Below, one piece after another: positions 52,250-62,457 of a stretch of 64,000 bases of DNA (within the stretch, counting starts at the first letter, position 1; every line of letters starts with the position of its first letter). Below the pieces are notes generated by a model, which worked only from the letters and a program-made list of their open reading frames with translations, was not told the origin of the DNA and made no database searches. Source of the DNA: Andalucia godoyi And28 (Eukaryota; Protista; Jakobida); NCBI GenBank assembly GCA_009859145.1, contig VRVR01000022.1, positions 248,001 to 312,000 of the forward strand, written 5' to 3'. Both the position numbers and the translations under genes were made by a program.

Positions 52250-52650
52250 ACGGGATCCCCTGCCACGCTACGCAAGACATGTGACATTTCCACCGCAACC
52301 TGACGACGGACATGCATCGCAAGCATGCAAAATGGCTGTGTGAGGGGAGTAGGCGGGTCGCGAAGTCCACATCGTCACTGAGGAACACAGATCAAGACGT
52401 GTGGTCAGTGCAGGGCAATCCATGCGAAGCTCGGAAGACACAAAGGCGTTCCGACGTCCAGGCTGTTGTGCGACGATCGATCGCGATTGGAATGGTGCGC
52501 GCAATAACAGTATCTTTAATACGCCGTGCAAGGTGTATTGAAGGGCCAACCCCGCCCCCCCTTTCGCCCCATGCGGACATGGCCCGGGTAGCAAGATTTG
52601 ATTACGCATGGATAGCGATGATCATGCGTACTAAACGTACGATGTAGGCG
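52250..52650 (+). pseudogene. Fragmented Fanzor2/TnpB-like pseudogene (copy 2)
   Basis: Frame 1, 52294-52344: RNLTTDMHRKHAKWLCE. Frame 3, 52362-52388: EVHIVTEEH (RuvC-II). Frame 2, 52394-52444: KTCGQCRAIHAKLGRHK. Frame 3, 52443-52505: KAFRRPGCCATIDRDWNGARN (zinc ribbon plus RuvC-III). Left boundary uncertain. Confidence 0.85.
52522..52650 (+). ncRNA. Putative Fanzor omegaRNA scaffold, copy 2 (guide would be the flank from about 52651)
   Basis: Motifs in order: CGCCGTG, GGGCCAACCCC, GGGTAGCAAGATTTGA, an 8-bp stem TACGCATG/CATGCGTA (52603-52630), and ATGTAGGCG (52642-52650). Same motif order as copy 1. Confidence 0.7.
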
Positions 52651-52857
52651 CATGACGATGTCGTGGCGTCACTTGGCACACGGCCCTCCATCCCAAATTT
52701 CTCACATTTGGTCAGTTTTGTGATGTTTACGGAACAACATGGCTGAGTTGGCAGTTGTGGGAGCGACAAAAAGTTGGCAAGGCTTGGGTTGGAGTAGTAG
52801 TATTTCTACTACTAATCATAGTTATTCTTGTTGGTTATTCATATACACTTAAAAATC

Positions 52858-52897
<40 letters not shown>

Positions 52898-52900
52898 CCG

Positions 52901-54241
52901 TTATTGATCCTCAGTCGACGACGGTGCTGCTGCTGTTGGAGGGCTCCGCGTCGCCATGAGCGTGACTTCGTGCTTGGCACTCCACAGGTGCCGCACATCA
53001 ACAGTCCATCCATGGTTAACCAAGTCACGGCGAATGTCGTTGATCGCAGCCGCTTGATCTTGCCGAATTAGAAATGGCGGATCTTCGACTCGTTTGCGGG
53101 GAGCAGAAGAATCACGAGCTCGCGGCTGCTTCGCCTCCCAGTACTCTTTTCTCCGCGACGTTCCAACATCCAAATCATTGCGCAACTTGAGATTTGCAAT
53201 GATGCACTCCAATCCAGACAATTCTGGATTCGAAGCCCACTTGTGCAGAACCTCGCCCGCCGCTCTTGGATCGCAAGCAACGTCCCAAACCAGCCACTGC
53301 GCTGCTGCATCGTGGAATCGGAATGCGTCCCCCTTTTCAAACTTCAAACTGCCATTGCGGTCTTCGCCTTCGTGCCCTGCAACGATGCTCGCCACAACAT
53401 CGGCGCTCACCTCGAGCGGCGCTCGATCCACGGCGGTGACATGACAGCCGTATTTGAGTGCAAGCAGCACAGACCATGCACCCGGCGATGCACCGAGATC
53501 GACCACTCGTTTTCCGGGGCTTGGCCGAGCTCCGAGACACCGTATTGCCTCTTCCAGTTTGCGGTAAGTTGATCCAGGAGCTTGTGGAAACTCGTCCATG
53601 AGGAGTGGCTTTCCGAGGGCAAACGTCGGATATCGTAGTGCCTGCGGAAGCGCGACGCTTGCATCCCACTCGCTGCGATTCACACACGAAACCCACACAT
53701 CTTCCGCATCGGTCATGAACACCGATAATGTGTACGTAGGAGTGACTTCATCGCGGCCGCGGGTCATCCGGCTGTCCGGTCTGCAGTATCTCCAATTCGT
53801 CCTTTCTCTCAGTTTTGCCCGGATTGCATTCGAAAGCAGCTCGCATCTGCGTCCAAGCACGCTTCTCTCGATAGTGGTTTGCCCAGGCTTCTGAAGATAC
53901 GAGGACGAAAAACAGTGAAGCTGGTAGAACGGCATCTCGCCATCGGATCCCTTCGCGCACCGCGCTCTGCTCTTGCTCAGCACGTCGGGCTGTCCAAACA
54001 AGATCTCGTCTGCCAACTGCGCGATGCTTGATCCTTGAACCTGCTGTGCATCCGGCATCACGCCGACCACAAACGGGCTGCAATACGCCGTCGACACAAT
54101 CTCAGATGCACAACCGCCAGGCTTTCCGGCACTCGCCAGCAACAACGCTCCAGGTGCGATGCTTTGGACGAGCGTCAACCCCGGAGGCAACGTCCGCTGC
54201 ATGCTTGTTACAAACAATGGCCGCGCAAACAAGATGCTCAT
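52901..54241 (-). CDS. RlmM-like FtsJ/RrmJ-fold rRNA 2'-O-methyltransferase, probably mitochondrial
   Basis: Motifs STYRKLEEA, VVDLGASPGAWS, VTAVD, GDAFRF, WLVWDVA and IANLKL parallel RlmM (STLKLEEA, AVDLGACPGGWT, EDGFKF, WMVCDM, IFNLKL). The N-terminus MSILFARPLF looks like a presequence. Confidence 0.75.
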   Translation of the reverse strand: MSILFARPLFVTSMQRTLPPGLTLVQSIAPGALLLASAGKPGGCASEIVSTAYCSPFVVGVMPDAQQVQGSSIAQLADEILFGQPDVLSKSRARCAKGSDGEMPFYQLHCFSSSYLQKPGQTTIERSVLGRRCELLSNAIRAKLRERTNWRYCRPDSRMTRGRDEVTPTYTLSVFMTDAEDVWVSCVNRSEWDASVALPQALRYPTFALGKPLLMDEFPQAPGSTYRKLEEAIRCLGARPSPGKRVVDLGASPGAWSVLLALKYGCHVTAVDRAPLEVSADVVASIVAGHEGEDRNGSLKFEKGDAFRFHDAAAQWLVWDVACDPRAAGEVLHKWASNPELSGLECIIANLKLRNDLDVGTSRRKEYWEAKQPRARDSSAPRKRVEDPPFLIRQDQAAAINDIRRDLVNHGWTVDVRHLWSAKHEVTLMATRSPPTAAAPSSTEDQ

Positions 54242-54518
54242 CAGCAATCACCTTTACTCTCTCGCATCCACCACCGCAACAGCAACAAAACTAATAATTA
54301 ATACTATTATGTATGTTAAACACCAAAAACATGTAATAAATTCTGCATTTTTTCCCAGCTAGGAACTACAACGGCCAACAGAAGCCACTGTACTCTGCAC
54401 CGTTGTCGACAAGCGTCGATTTGCGCTCGTAGCCATTCGTGCGAACACCGATCTTTGTCTTAACCACAGAGCGGCGGACGCACAGTTTGTGAGGAGAGAG
54501 GGAAAGAGAGAACAAGGA

Positions 54519-54556
<38 letters not shown>

Positions 54557-54589
54557 GAAAAGGAAGGGAAGAAGAAATAAGAAAGATTC

Positions 54590-55324
54590 ATGGCGCCGCA
54601 GCAACCAGTGAATCCGAAGCCGCTTCTCTTGTCTCTCGTCGGTCAGCCGATAATTGTACGGTTAAAGTGGGGAATCGAGTATCGCGGATTGCTGGTTTCG
54701 ACGGATGCTTATATGAACCTCCAGCTATCAGAATGCGAAGAATGGGTTCGTGGACACTATGCAGGTCTTCTCGGCCAGGTCCTTATTCGATGCAATAACG
54801 TACTGTACATTCGCCAAGGAACCCATCAGGACCTCCACCAATCGAAAAGCTCCCAATCTTCCAACCGCGCAGGAGAAGAACAAGAATCGGACGCACACTC
54901 GGCTCAATCCGGACTGCTTCCACCGCCACAGCAGTCGCCACAGCAGTTGCCGTCGTCGCCAGCAGAGCCGCAGCAATCTGTGTCGGTATTGGCATTGGAG
55001 CCTCTTCCGGTATCTGCATCGGAATCTGCACCGGCACCAGCACCAGCACCAGCACCAGAGGGAGAGGGCAAAGGCGCCTCAAAGATGGAACTGACACAGG
55101 ACGAAGCGATGGAGACGCACGAGCCGGTGAAGCCCGCGGTGGAGAAAAAGACTCGGAGAAAGAGGGGAAGTGAGCCTGCACCCGCAGTCGCAGTCGCACC
55201 CGCAACGCCCGTGGAGCCAGAGACGCCGCAGCAGCCAGAAGCCGAGCAAAGTGCACGAGCAGAGGCAGCAGAAGAGGTTGTGGAAGAACCAAAACCAAAG
55301 CGACGACGGGGTGGCAGGAAGTAA
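54590..55324 (+). CDS. SNRPF: snRNP core protein SmF with a long C-terminal extension
   Basis: Motif PVNPKPLL...[24 protein letters not shown]...[14 protein letters not shown], followed by about 165 aa of P/A/E/Q-rich sequence. Confidence 0.9.
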   Translation: MAPQQPVNPKPLLLSLVGQPIIVRLKWGIEYRGLLVSTDAYMNLQLSECEEWVRGHYAGLLGQVLIRCNNVLYIRQGTHQDLHQSKSSQSSNRAGEEQESDAHSAQSGLLPPPQQSPQQLPSSPAEPQQSVSVLALEPLPVSASESAPAPAPAPAPEGEGKGASKMELTQDEAMETHEPVKPAVEKKTRRKRGSEPAPAVAVAPATPVEPETPQQPEAEQSARAEAAEEVVEEPKPKRRRGGRK

Positions 55325-55561
55325 AACGTAAAGACCAAACATTTATTATTATTATTATTATTTGATCGCCCTCGTTTTTGGCTTTCATTTGTCTGTTTTC
55401 CCTCTTCTTCTCTGCTCAAGATTCGACGCATGCATTCCTTCTGGAGCAAACAGACATATCAGGCAAGTGCATTTATTTACAACAACAATAACAACAACAA
55501 CGACAAAAAAAAAAGAGGGAGAGAGCACGACGGAAAGGTCTGTTGCCCCCGATTCGCTGAG

Positions 55562-57025
55562 CTATTCCGACGACGGCATGCGTCGACCGGCGAGCATCTC
55601 CATTGGTTTTGCAAACTGCGGCTCGACAGGTCGGTCTGCAAAGACGCTGTCAACAAAGGCCTGGAAGACTTTCTCTTCGTTTCCGAGCTGCTCCCACGCC
55701 TTCTGCGCCTCGAGCTTCCCTCGAATCGCCTCCTGTTCCTTCCCAAGTCTCTTTTCAGCGTTCTGCTTTCTCTGGAACTGCATCGTCTGAATCGCCTTCT
55801 TTTTTCTCGCCTCTGCATCTCGCCGATCCTCCTCTGCAAGAACATCCGCAAGCTGCCGAAGCTGCATCTGGACCGCTCCCCTTGCCTCCCTGTCTCGCTC
55901 TGCGCGTCGCTTCTTCTCCGCGATCTGTGCATCACGCGACATCTTTGTCGCTGCAAGATACTCGCTCTTCCTCCGAGCATCCTCCCGCTCTCTTTCAGCC
56001 CGGGCTTCCTCAGCGGCCCGAACCTGGCCATCTACCCGCGCTTCTTCCGTCGAGCGCATTGCCGCAAGCATTGCCGCCTGCTCATCAATCAGCTTCTGTC
56101 TCCTTGCCAACTGCGCCCCAAACCGCTCGTCTTCTCGAGCTTTCCTCGTTGCTTCCTTCGCTGCCTTTTCTGCTGCATACTGAGCAATCTTGTCTTCCTC
56201 CGCCTTTTCCTGCGCGCGCTCTCTCTCTCTCGACCTTCCAAGCTCCATATTTGCATCCCGCAGCTCTCTCAGCCTGGCCTTTCCAGCTTCTCGCTCCCGC
56301 TCACTCTTTTCCTTTTCCTCTCTCGCCCGTTCCTTTTCTCGCTCGCGCTCCCTTGCTTTCTCAGCCTCCATAGCTTCCGCTTCTGCCGCCTCCCGTCGCT
56401 GCTTCTCGCCAATCTGCGCGGCACGCTCATTCGCAAGCTTCAGCGCTGCGTCTCTCTTTGCAATTGCATTACTCACCTGCTTATCATCAAACGCAGCCCA
56501 TGTCGACTCGAGGTTCGCATGATGTTCGCGAGCCTTCCGCGCCTCATATTCCTCCTTCTTGTGGTGTGCATCGATCTGTGATGCGCGGCCCTGCAGACAC
56601 TCGGAAAGCAACAGCCGAGCCTCGAACGAACGGACCTTGTCGGACGATGTGCGCAGCGAGGCAGCATCGGCCTTTGCAAGAATCGCCGCGCGCTCCGCAG
56701 CTCGGCGGGACTCCTCCTGAGCATCCAGTGCTCGCAGCCGTGCTTCATCGGCTGCAAGGCGCGTCTGGGCGGCCTGAAGCTGTGCTGTGCGAGCTCCATC
56801 GAGTGTGTTGGACCACGTGGACACTCGCGCATCGGACAGCGCCTTCAGCCGAATGCGGTCTTCTTCAAGCGCTGCAGTTGGCGAGTATGATGTCGATGCA
56901 TACGACGGAAGTCCCGGCGAACCCGATGCCGAAGAAACCGTCATCGACTTTAACCGCTGCAGCTCATGCGTCGACACGAAGGACTGGCCAGAACCAGGGT
57001 GTGTCGCAACATCATATCGAGTCAT
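55562..57025 (-). CDS. Cilia/flagella coiled-coil protein CFAP210/CCDC173-like (TPH domain)
   Basis: Segment LSDARVSTWSNTLDGAR...LRALDAQEE...DKVRSFEARLLLSECLQGRASQI resembles CCDC173 (WTNT...KL...LDLEE...RVKNFHSGLLLSRV..ERDAQI). Confidence 0.75.
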   Translation of the reverse strand: MTRYDVATHPGSGQSFVSTHELQRLKSMTVSSASGSPGLPSYASTSYSPTAALEEDRIRLKALSDARVSTWSNTLDGARTAQLQAAQTRLAADEARLRALDAQEESRRAAERAAILAKADAASLRTSSDKVRSFEARLLLSECLQGRASQIDAHHKKEEYEARKAREHHANLESTWAAFDDKQVSNAIAKRDAALKLANERAAQIGEKQRREAAEAEAMEAEKAREREREKERAREEKEKSEREREAGKARLRELRDANMELGRSRERERAQEKAEEDKIAQYAAEKAAKEATRKAREDERFGAQLARRQKLIDEQAAMLAAMRSTEEARVDGQVRAAEEARAEREREDARRKSEYLAATKMSRDAQIAEKKRRAERDREARGAVQMQLRQLADVLAEEDRRDAEARKKKAIQTMQFQRKQNAEKRLGKEQEAIRGKLEAQKAWEQLGNEEKVFQAFVDSVFADRPVEPQFAKPMEMLAGRRMPSSE

Positions 57026-57350
57026 CTTTCCTTTTTCTATTTTCGGTTGAAGAAAGGAAAACGTACACTTGTTGGGTGACGAAACGAGAAGAGAAAAACG
57101 TAAAACAGAGAATCAGAGAATCAGAGGAATTGAAGAAATTGGTTTGTCGGAAAGTGGATGTGCTCAGTGTTTAGTTGTGTGACGGTTGGACAGGCATTCC
57201 AAGATGGAGGAGGGTGAGACTAGGGCTTTGATGCAGTGATGCAGAAAAGTGTGAACTTCAGAAAAATCGACAATTGACGACTTCCTTTTACCTTTTTTTA
57301 ATTAATTACAGCAAGTTTCTTTTCTTTTTCCTTGTTATTGTTTAAACTTA

Positions 57351-58229
57351 TTAATCTTGCATGGGCTGCGGGGGCACACCAGGGCCCGGGGGCGTCGCTG
57401 TGGTTGACGACGACGACGACGATGGAGTGGGTTGTTGTGAGGGTTGTGAGGAGGATTGTGTGGACTGTGTGGACGGTTGTGAAGACGGCGGCTGCTGCTG
57501 TTGCTGCTGTGCTTGCTTTTCGGCCTGAATTTCCGCAATGACGGCATCGACTTCCTCATCTGCAAGCGTTCGAACACCCTGCTCAGAGCGTTTCATGACG
57601 GCAACCTCAATGTTCTTTGAGCCTGTTTCGACGACCTCCAGGAGTGCTCGGACCGCGAGCTTGACCGCATCGTCGTACTTGAGTTCCGGCTCCCAGTTCT
57701 TCTCGAGAAACTCGCGAACGGTTGCCGACGACCGTCCAATGGCATTCGATCGCCACTCGGTCATCACACCTGACGGCTCCGTCATGAACAGTCGCGGAAC
57801 ATTCGTGTGATGCTCAAACCCTGCAATGAGCGTTGATATTCCAAATGGCCGAACTCCGCCGGACTGTGTGTAGGACTGCTGGACGCGTGCCACAAAGCGC
57901 CCTGCAACCTCGACTCCAATGACATCTTCGTAAGTAAGACCATACGACTGCGCTTCAATGCGTGCCTTGTTGATCAGCACTCGCGCATCGGCAGTCAGTC
58001 CAGCGAAAACGATCGCAATGTGATCGTCAATCAGCGCAATCTTGCGCACAGTACGAGTGTCCTGGAGCTTTGCAGCCGACTTGCGCTCCACGGCAAGAAT
58101 CACAGAGTCCGTACCACGAACCCCAACTGCAGTCGAGCCCTTCTTCACTGCCTCCTGCGCATACTGGACTTGGAAAAGCTGGCCGTCCGGAGAAAAGACT
58201 GTGATTGCGCTGTCGTATCGAGAACTCAT
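57351..58229 (-). CDS. PSMA7: 20S proteasome subunit alpha4
   Basis: Motifs [54 protein letters not shown] and [15 protein letters not shown]. True ATG at 58229. Confidence 0.95.
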   Translation of the reverse strand: MSSRYDSAITVFSPDGQLFQVQYAQEAVKKGSTAVGVRGTDSVILAVERKSAAKLQDTRTVRKIALIDDHIAIVFAGLTADARVLINKARIEAQSYGLTYEDVIGVEVAGRFVARVQQSYTQSGGVRPFGISTLIAGFEHHTNVPRLFMTEPSGVMTEWRSNAIGRSSATVREFLEKNWEPELKYDDAVKLAVRALLEVVETGSKNIEVAVMKRSEQGVRTLADEEVDAVIAEIQAEKQAQQQQQQPPSSQPSTQSTQSSSQPSQQPTPSSSSSSTTATPPGPGVPPQPMQD

Positions 58230-58586
58230 GGGCGGAAGTGGGTGGAAGTAGGAGGGGAATGAGAAAGAGCAAGGGCTGGGAAACTTTCCAGTATTATTAA
58301 AATATAAATATGCAAATAATAATAATAATGATAATAGAAAAACAGAAAGTGGTGAGTAGAGTGCCAAAAAGAACCCAGGAGGGGAAAGTATAAAGAAAAG
58401 AAAACGACGAGAGAGACTTGAATCTGGTCCGAGGCTTTTGACATTTTGACGCAGCTAGCAGTCCACACCTTCAAGAACACGATCAAGTTGTGGACATTCC
58501 ATTCGCTTACAACAGGTAGGCATTTTATATACAGTATTATACCGGTATAATACCCAAAAACATTTTTTTTTAATTGCTCCCCTTGC

Positions 58587-59906
58587 TCAATTATCATCAT
58601 CGTCGTCATCGTCATCTTCTTCATCAAGATCGTCGTCGAGATCAATGTGATCGTCGTCAACAGGCTCGAACTCGTCTTCCTCGTCTTCCTCGTCTTCCTC
58701 TCCCTCTTCATCCCCACCACCACCATCAGCATCATCATCATTGTCGTCGTCGTCGTCGTCGTTGTTCTCCTGTTCCTTGGCCTTCTTCTTGAGCTCAAAC
58801 TTGACCTTCTTCTTCTCCTTCTTTTCGTCTTCGATGCGCTTCTTTTCTGCAACCCGTCGCTCCTGCTCTTCCCTTCGGGCCTTCTTCTCGGACCTTCGCT
58901 GGTCCATCTCCGCGATTTCTGACGCAGTCTTTTGCACAAATCGATGATACAGCACCTGTCCAGAGCAGATCCCATCCTCAATCTTCACCGGCTTCAGACG
59001 AATTCTCGGCCCGACTTCAATCACCTTGAGCGCCACCTTTTTGTTTCTGGAGTCCTCTCCATCCTCCGCCAAATCACCGTCGTCCTGCGACCGTGGTTGT
59101 TGCTGCTGGCCGTTCTTGCTTCCTCTCACAGACGAGGCAAGCAAGGATGACGGATCGTCGACCTTTTCACCTTCTGACTCGGTATCGGATCCTTGTCCAA
59201 AGAGCCCTTCCGCGCCTCCCGCAATCACTTTTCGGAGTCTGTCGATTGAAATTGCCTTTCCAAGACTGCGCTGTCGAATGACATAGTGCCTGACCTCGAT
59301 CCAGTCGTTAGCAGGGTGTTTGTGGAAGAGCACCAGCCGCCGCACGTCCGAATCGAGCTTGACTGTCGAGAGCTTGAGAGCAGGGAACATCGACTGGATC
59401 GACGACGTGATCACCTTCCACTCTCCAGCCGAGCACAGTCGCTCGTTTTTCCCGTCCACAGCCGCAGAACTCGGGGTAATCGACGAAAACCCATTCATGA
59501 CACACAACGCAGGAACCTTGTAGTCGATCGATGCGGTTCCAATGGGCCGCTTCTGCACAGCCTGGACATCCCGGATGAGCGAGTACCCAAGCACCTTGAA
59601 TGTGACCGTCGGCCCATTCGGCACACGGCACACTTTCCAATACGGCCCATTCTCGCCAACCGTAATCATCTGAAAGTGCGAAACCGACATGGACGACGCA
59701 ACCCGCACATAGTCCCGAAGACGCGTCGACTGAGTAGACTGCAGCTTACGTGCTGTCAGCGGCTCCATCATTTGCCGCAGATCACGCACAAGTTGTTTAT
59801 GCTGCTTCAGCACCGATCCACGATGAAAAATCATCGTTCGCGAAACTGCCGCTTCTACATCAGGATTCACTGCCCGGTGCGTACGAGTTTTGCGACGTCG
59901 GCCCAT
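58587..59906 (-). CDS. PPAN: Ribosome biogenesis Brix-domain protein Peter Pan/Ssf1
   Basis: Motifs MGRRRKTRTH, LVRDLRQMMEPLTA, PNGPTVTFKV..YSL..DV, IQSMFP, RRLVLF, IEVRHY and LKVIEVGPRIRL..VKIEDG. Acidic tail. Confidence 0.93.
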   Translation of the reverse strand: MGRRRKTRTHRAVNPDVEAAVSRTMIFHRGSVLKQHKQLVRDLRQMMEPLTARKLQSTQSTRLRDYVRVASSMSVSHFQMITVGENGPYWKVCRVPNGPTVTFKVLGYSLIRDVQAVQKRPIGTASIDYKVPALCVMNGFSSITPSSAAVDGKNERLCSAGEWKVITSSIQSMFPALKLSTVKLDSDVRRLVLFHKHPANDWIEVRHYVIRQRSLGKAISIDRLRKVIAGGAEGLFGQGSDTESEGEKVDDPSSLLASSVRGSKNGQQQQPRSQDDGDLAEDGEDSRNKKVALKVIEVGPRIRLKPVKIEDGICSGQVLYHRFVQKTASEIAEMDQRRSEKKARREEQERRVAEKKRIEDEKKEKKKVKFELKKKAKEQENNDDDDDDNDDDADGGGGDEEGEEDEEDEEDEFEPVDDDHIDLDDDLDEEDDDDDDDDN

Positions 59907-60267
59907 TGCTTCTCTATTTATGCGTGTGGATGTGTGGATGTGTGGATGTGTGAATGTGGGTGTGCTTTTCTTGTAAATGAAAATAGAAAAAACAACGTGA
60001 CGGAAACGAGGCGAGAGAGCCTACGTGCTCAAGATAAAAGGGGATGGGGGGAAGAGCGAAAGACGGATCTACAGTGGCTGCGACATGAGGACGTGATGGA
60101 CACGGCAGCTGGTGGGCTGGGAGCTTTTTTCTTCCAGCTTGTTTGAAACGTTGTTCGGGGAAGCGGAACAAGGGTTATGTGTGCTTGAGCCTATTGTCCA
60201 AGTCGAAGACACTGCATCGTAACAGCAAGAGGTGGCAGGGGTGGTGGTAAATGACCTTGCGTCCACG

Positions 60268-61000
60268 ATGAGTCGATGTGCAGATTCGTGTGCTTTGAAC
60301 AATCGAGACGACAACGACGACGACGACGACGATAAGGATGACAAGAATGGGGAGAGTCGCTTTCGGGAGTTCAAGCAGTCCGTGCTGAGAAACGGGATTC
60401 CAGTCGAACCGTCGTTTGCATTTGTTGTGAAGGTTCACCAGTACAAATCATTGGATCCTTTGTTCCAGGTCATAGCGGATGAGCTTCCGCTCTCTGCCTT
60501 TATTCCTGATTCCTTGATAAGACCGCGAAGGCATGCTGAAAATACGTCTTTTTTCTTGAACTGCGAAAACAACAATGACAACGCCAACGACGATGGTGAT
60601 AGTGGTGGTGACGCGTCCAGCGAGGAAGAGTTGACGATGAACGGGCGGCGTCTCCTTGAGAGAGACGGCATTCTTGAACGAATGCCGCATATCTTGCGTG
60701 ATAACGATCCGGCCAAGAAATTAATTGAGGATTCCAGTGCCCGGCTCGCTTCTGCACTGTCGACCATTGTGTCCAGCATAAACTTTTGGGAGTCGTTTGG
60801 CGAGCCGCAGTCTAACAACGAAGATGATGAGAATGCGAGCTGGGTAGACTCGTTTTCACTGCACCAGAAACCACAATTGTCGTACGAAAAGTGGAGACTG
60901 CTTTCACGGATGGTGCATCGAGCAACTGCAGAGTGGGATGGGAAATTGGAATCCATGCGCAGTACCGTGCAGCATGCGGACGACGACGGCGGCGGCGACT

Positions 61001-61050
<50 letters not shown>

Positions 61051-62343
61051 GCGCGCTCCACGGCAATCAATGATCTGAAGCAAGTATTGCACACGGAGGT
61101 TTCCGCCATCCAAGATTCGATCGAGTGGAGGCAACACTGGAAAGCGCTGGATTTTGGCTCTTCTAACTCCACGGACGACGGCGGCACTTGTGAAATACCA
61201 TACTTGGCAGATCCTGCATTCTGCTCTCATGTTGTGATTCATGCACCGAGCAATACACGAGTGGCTGTGCATGTTGACTGGATGCGCCGCAAAGATGCTG
61301 TACAGAAAAAGCTGCAACTGGAATCTGTTGTTTTTGACGTGCAGTCTGGCCAGGACGGGGTGAACGGAAAGTCAAAATTCAAGAGTCTCGTCTTGTCTGC
61401 GATGGCTTCTCAGTTAAAACACGACATACAAAGCTGCATGGTTCAGGACGACGTCACGAAGAACATGGAGCAATTGCAGCACGCGCTTCGACATGTGACA
61501 GCTGGGACAGTCGACGGTGTTCGTGATGCTGTTTCGTACAAGGAGCAAGTGCGAAGTGCAAGCTCCACCACGGTATCAGCGTTGCAAGGATTTGCCGGTC
61601 TCGGGTTTTTGGAACCGCTTTTCCAAAGCCCGCGTGCAGCAGTCTATCCGCGCATCTTGGAGTCGTTTCGAGCCATTTCACTCTATACGTATGATTTTGA
61701 AAATGCGTCGTGCGAGAGATGTTCGCACTTGTTTTTCCACTTTCTCAAAGCACTTTTGCGAGTTTTGCTTCCTCGAGCATCTTTGGCAAGTTTGTGGCAG
61801 TGCACGTCTCGTAACGGAGAGGATTTTGCGCAATTCGAAATGTCAGTTACAAGACATCATCCTTTGAGTATTTTATTCCATGGAGAGAACGAACAATCAG
61901 AATCAATCACGGGCCCGTCGTTGCTCCTCTTTAACTGCATCCATCCACCAACGGCAGCAAAGGTGTTGATGGAGAGTGTGACGGACGTTTCAAACGTCCT
62001 TCCCGTCGCCAAATCCTTGCTCTCTGTTCCCTGGGACCACATAGCAAATACACTGAGTTTTCCAGAGCTGTGTCTGTGGGCTCCAGATTTCGGCATTCGA
62101 AGGACTGCCCATGCATCATCGCAAGGCTCCGTGCCTGCTCCACGAAATGTGGAAGAACTCACAAAGACACTGGAGAATTGCTCCGTTTTGTGGTCAAAAT
62201 CCACCGCGATATTCCGGTCGAAGAATCTCTTCCTGTCGTCTGCCCGGTCGGAGCTGTTTGCACACTTCATGAAGCGATATGAGGACTGGATTGGACATGC
62301 CGCAGTGTCCCTTTCCAGGATGGGTCCTCCATCATCATTCTGA
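60268..62343 (+). CDS. Uncharacterised protein with acidic tracts, possibly Mediator MED17-like
   Basis: Long ORF with first ATG at 60268 and a poly-Asp tract at about 61001-61048. IEWRQHWK recalls MED17 LRLRQHWK; otherwise unrecognised. Confidence 0.6.
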
Positions 62344-62457
62344 TCATCACCAAACTGAGCTTAGCTGGAAATGCTAGAGGACAGAAGGGGGAGAAAGGAG
62401 GACAGAAAGAAATGAAAAAAGAAAGAAAGAAAGAAAGAAAGATATTCACCATGCGGC

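Noticed and set aside
55430-56581. Long + strand ORFs (383 aa and 256 aa) overlapping CFAP210
   Set aside because: Antisense shadows of a GC-rich coiled-coil gene, with L/S/F/R-rich composition and no motifs.
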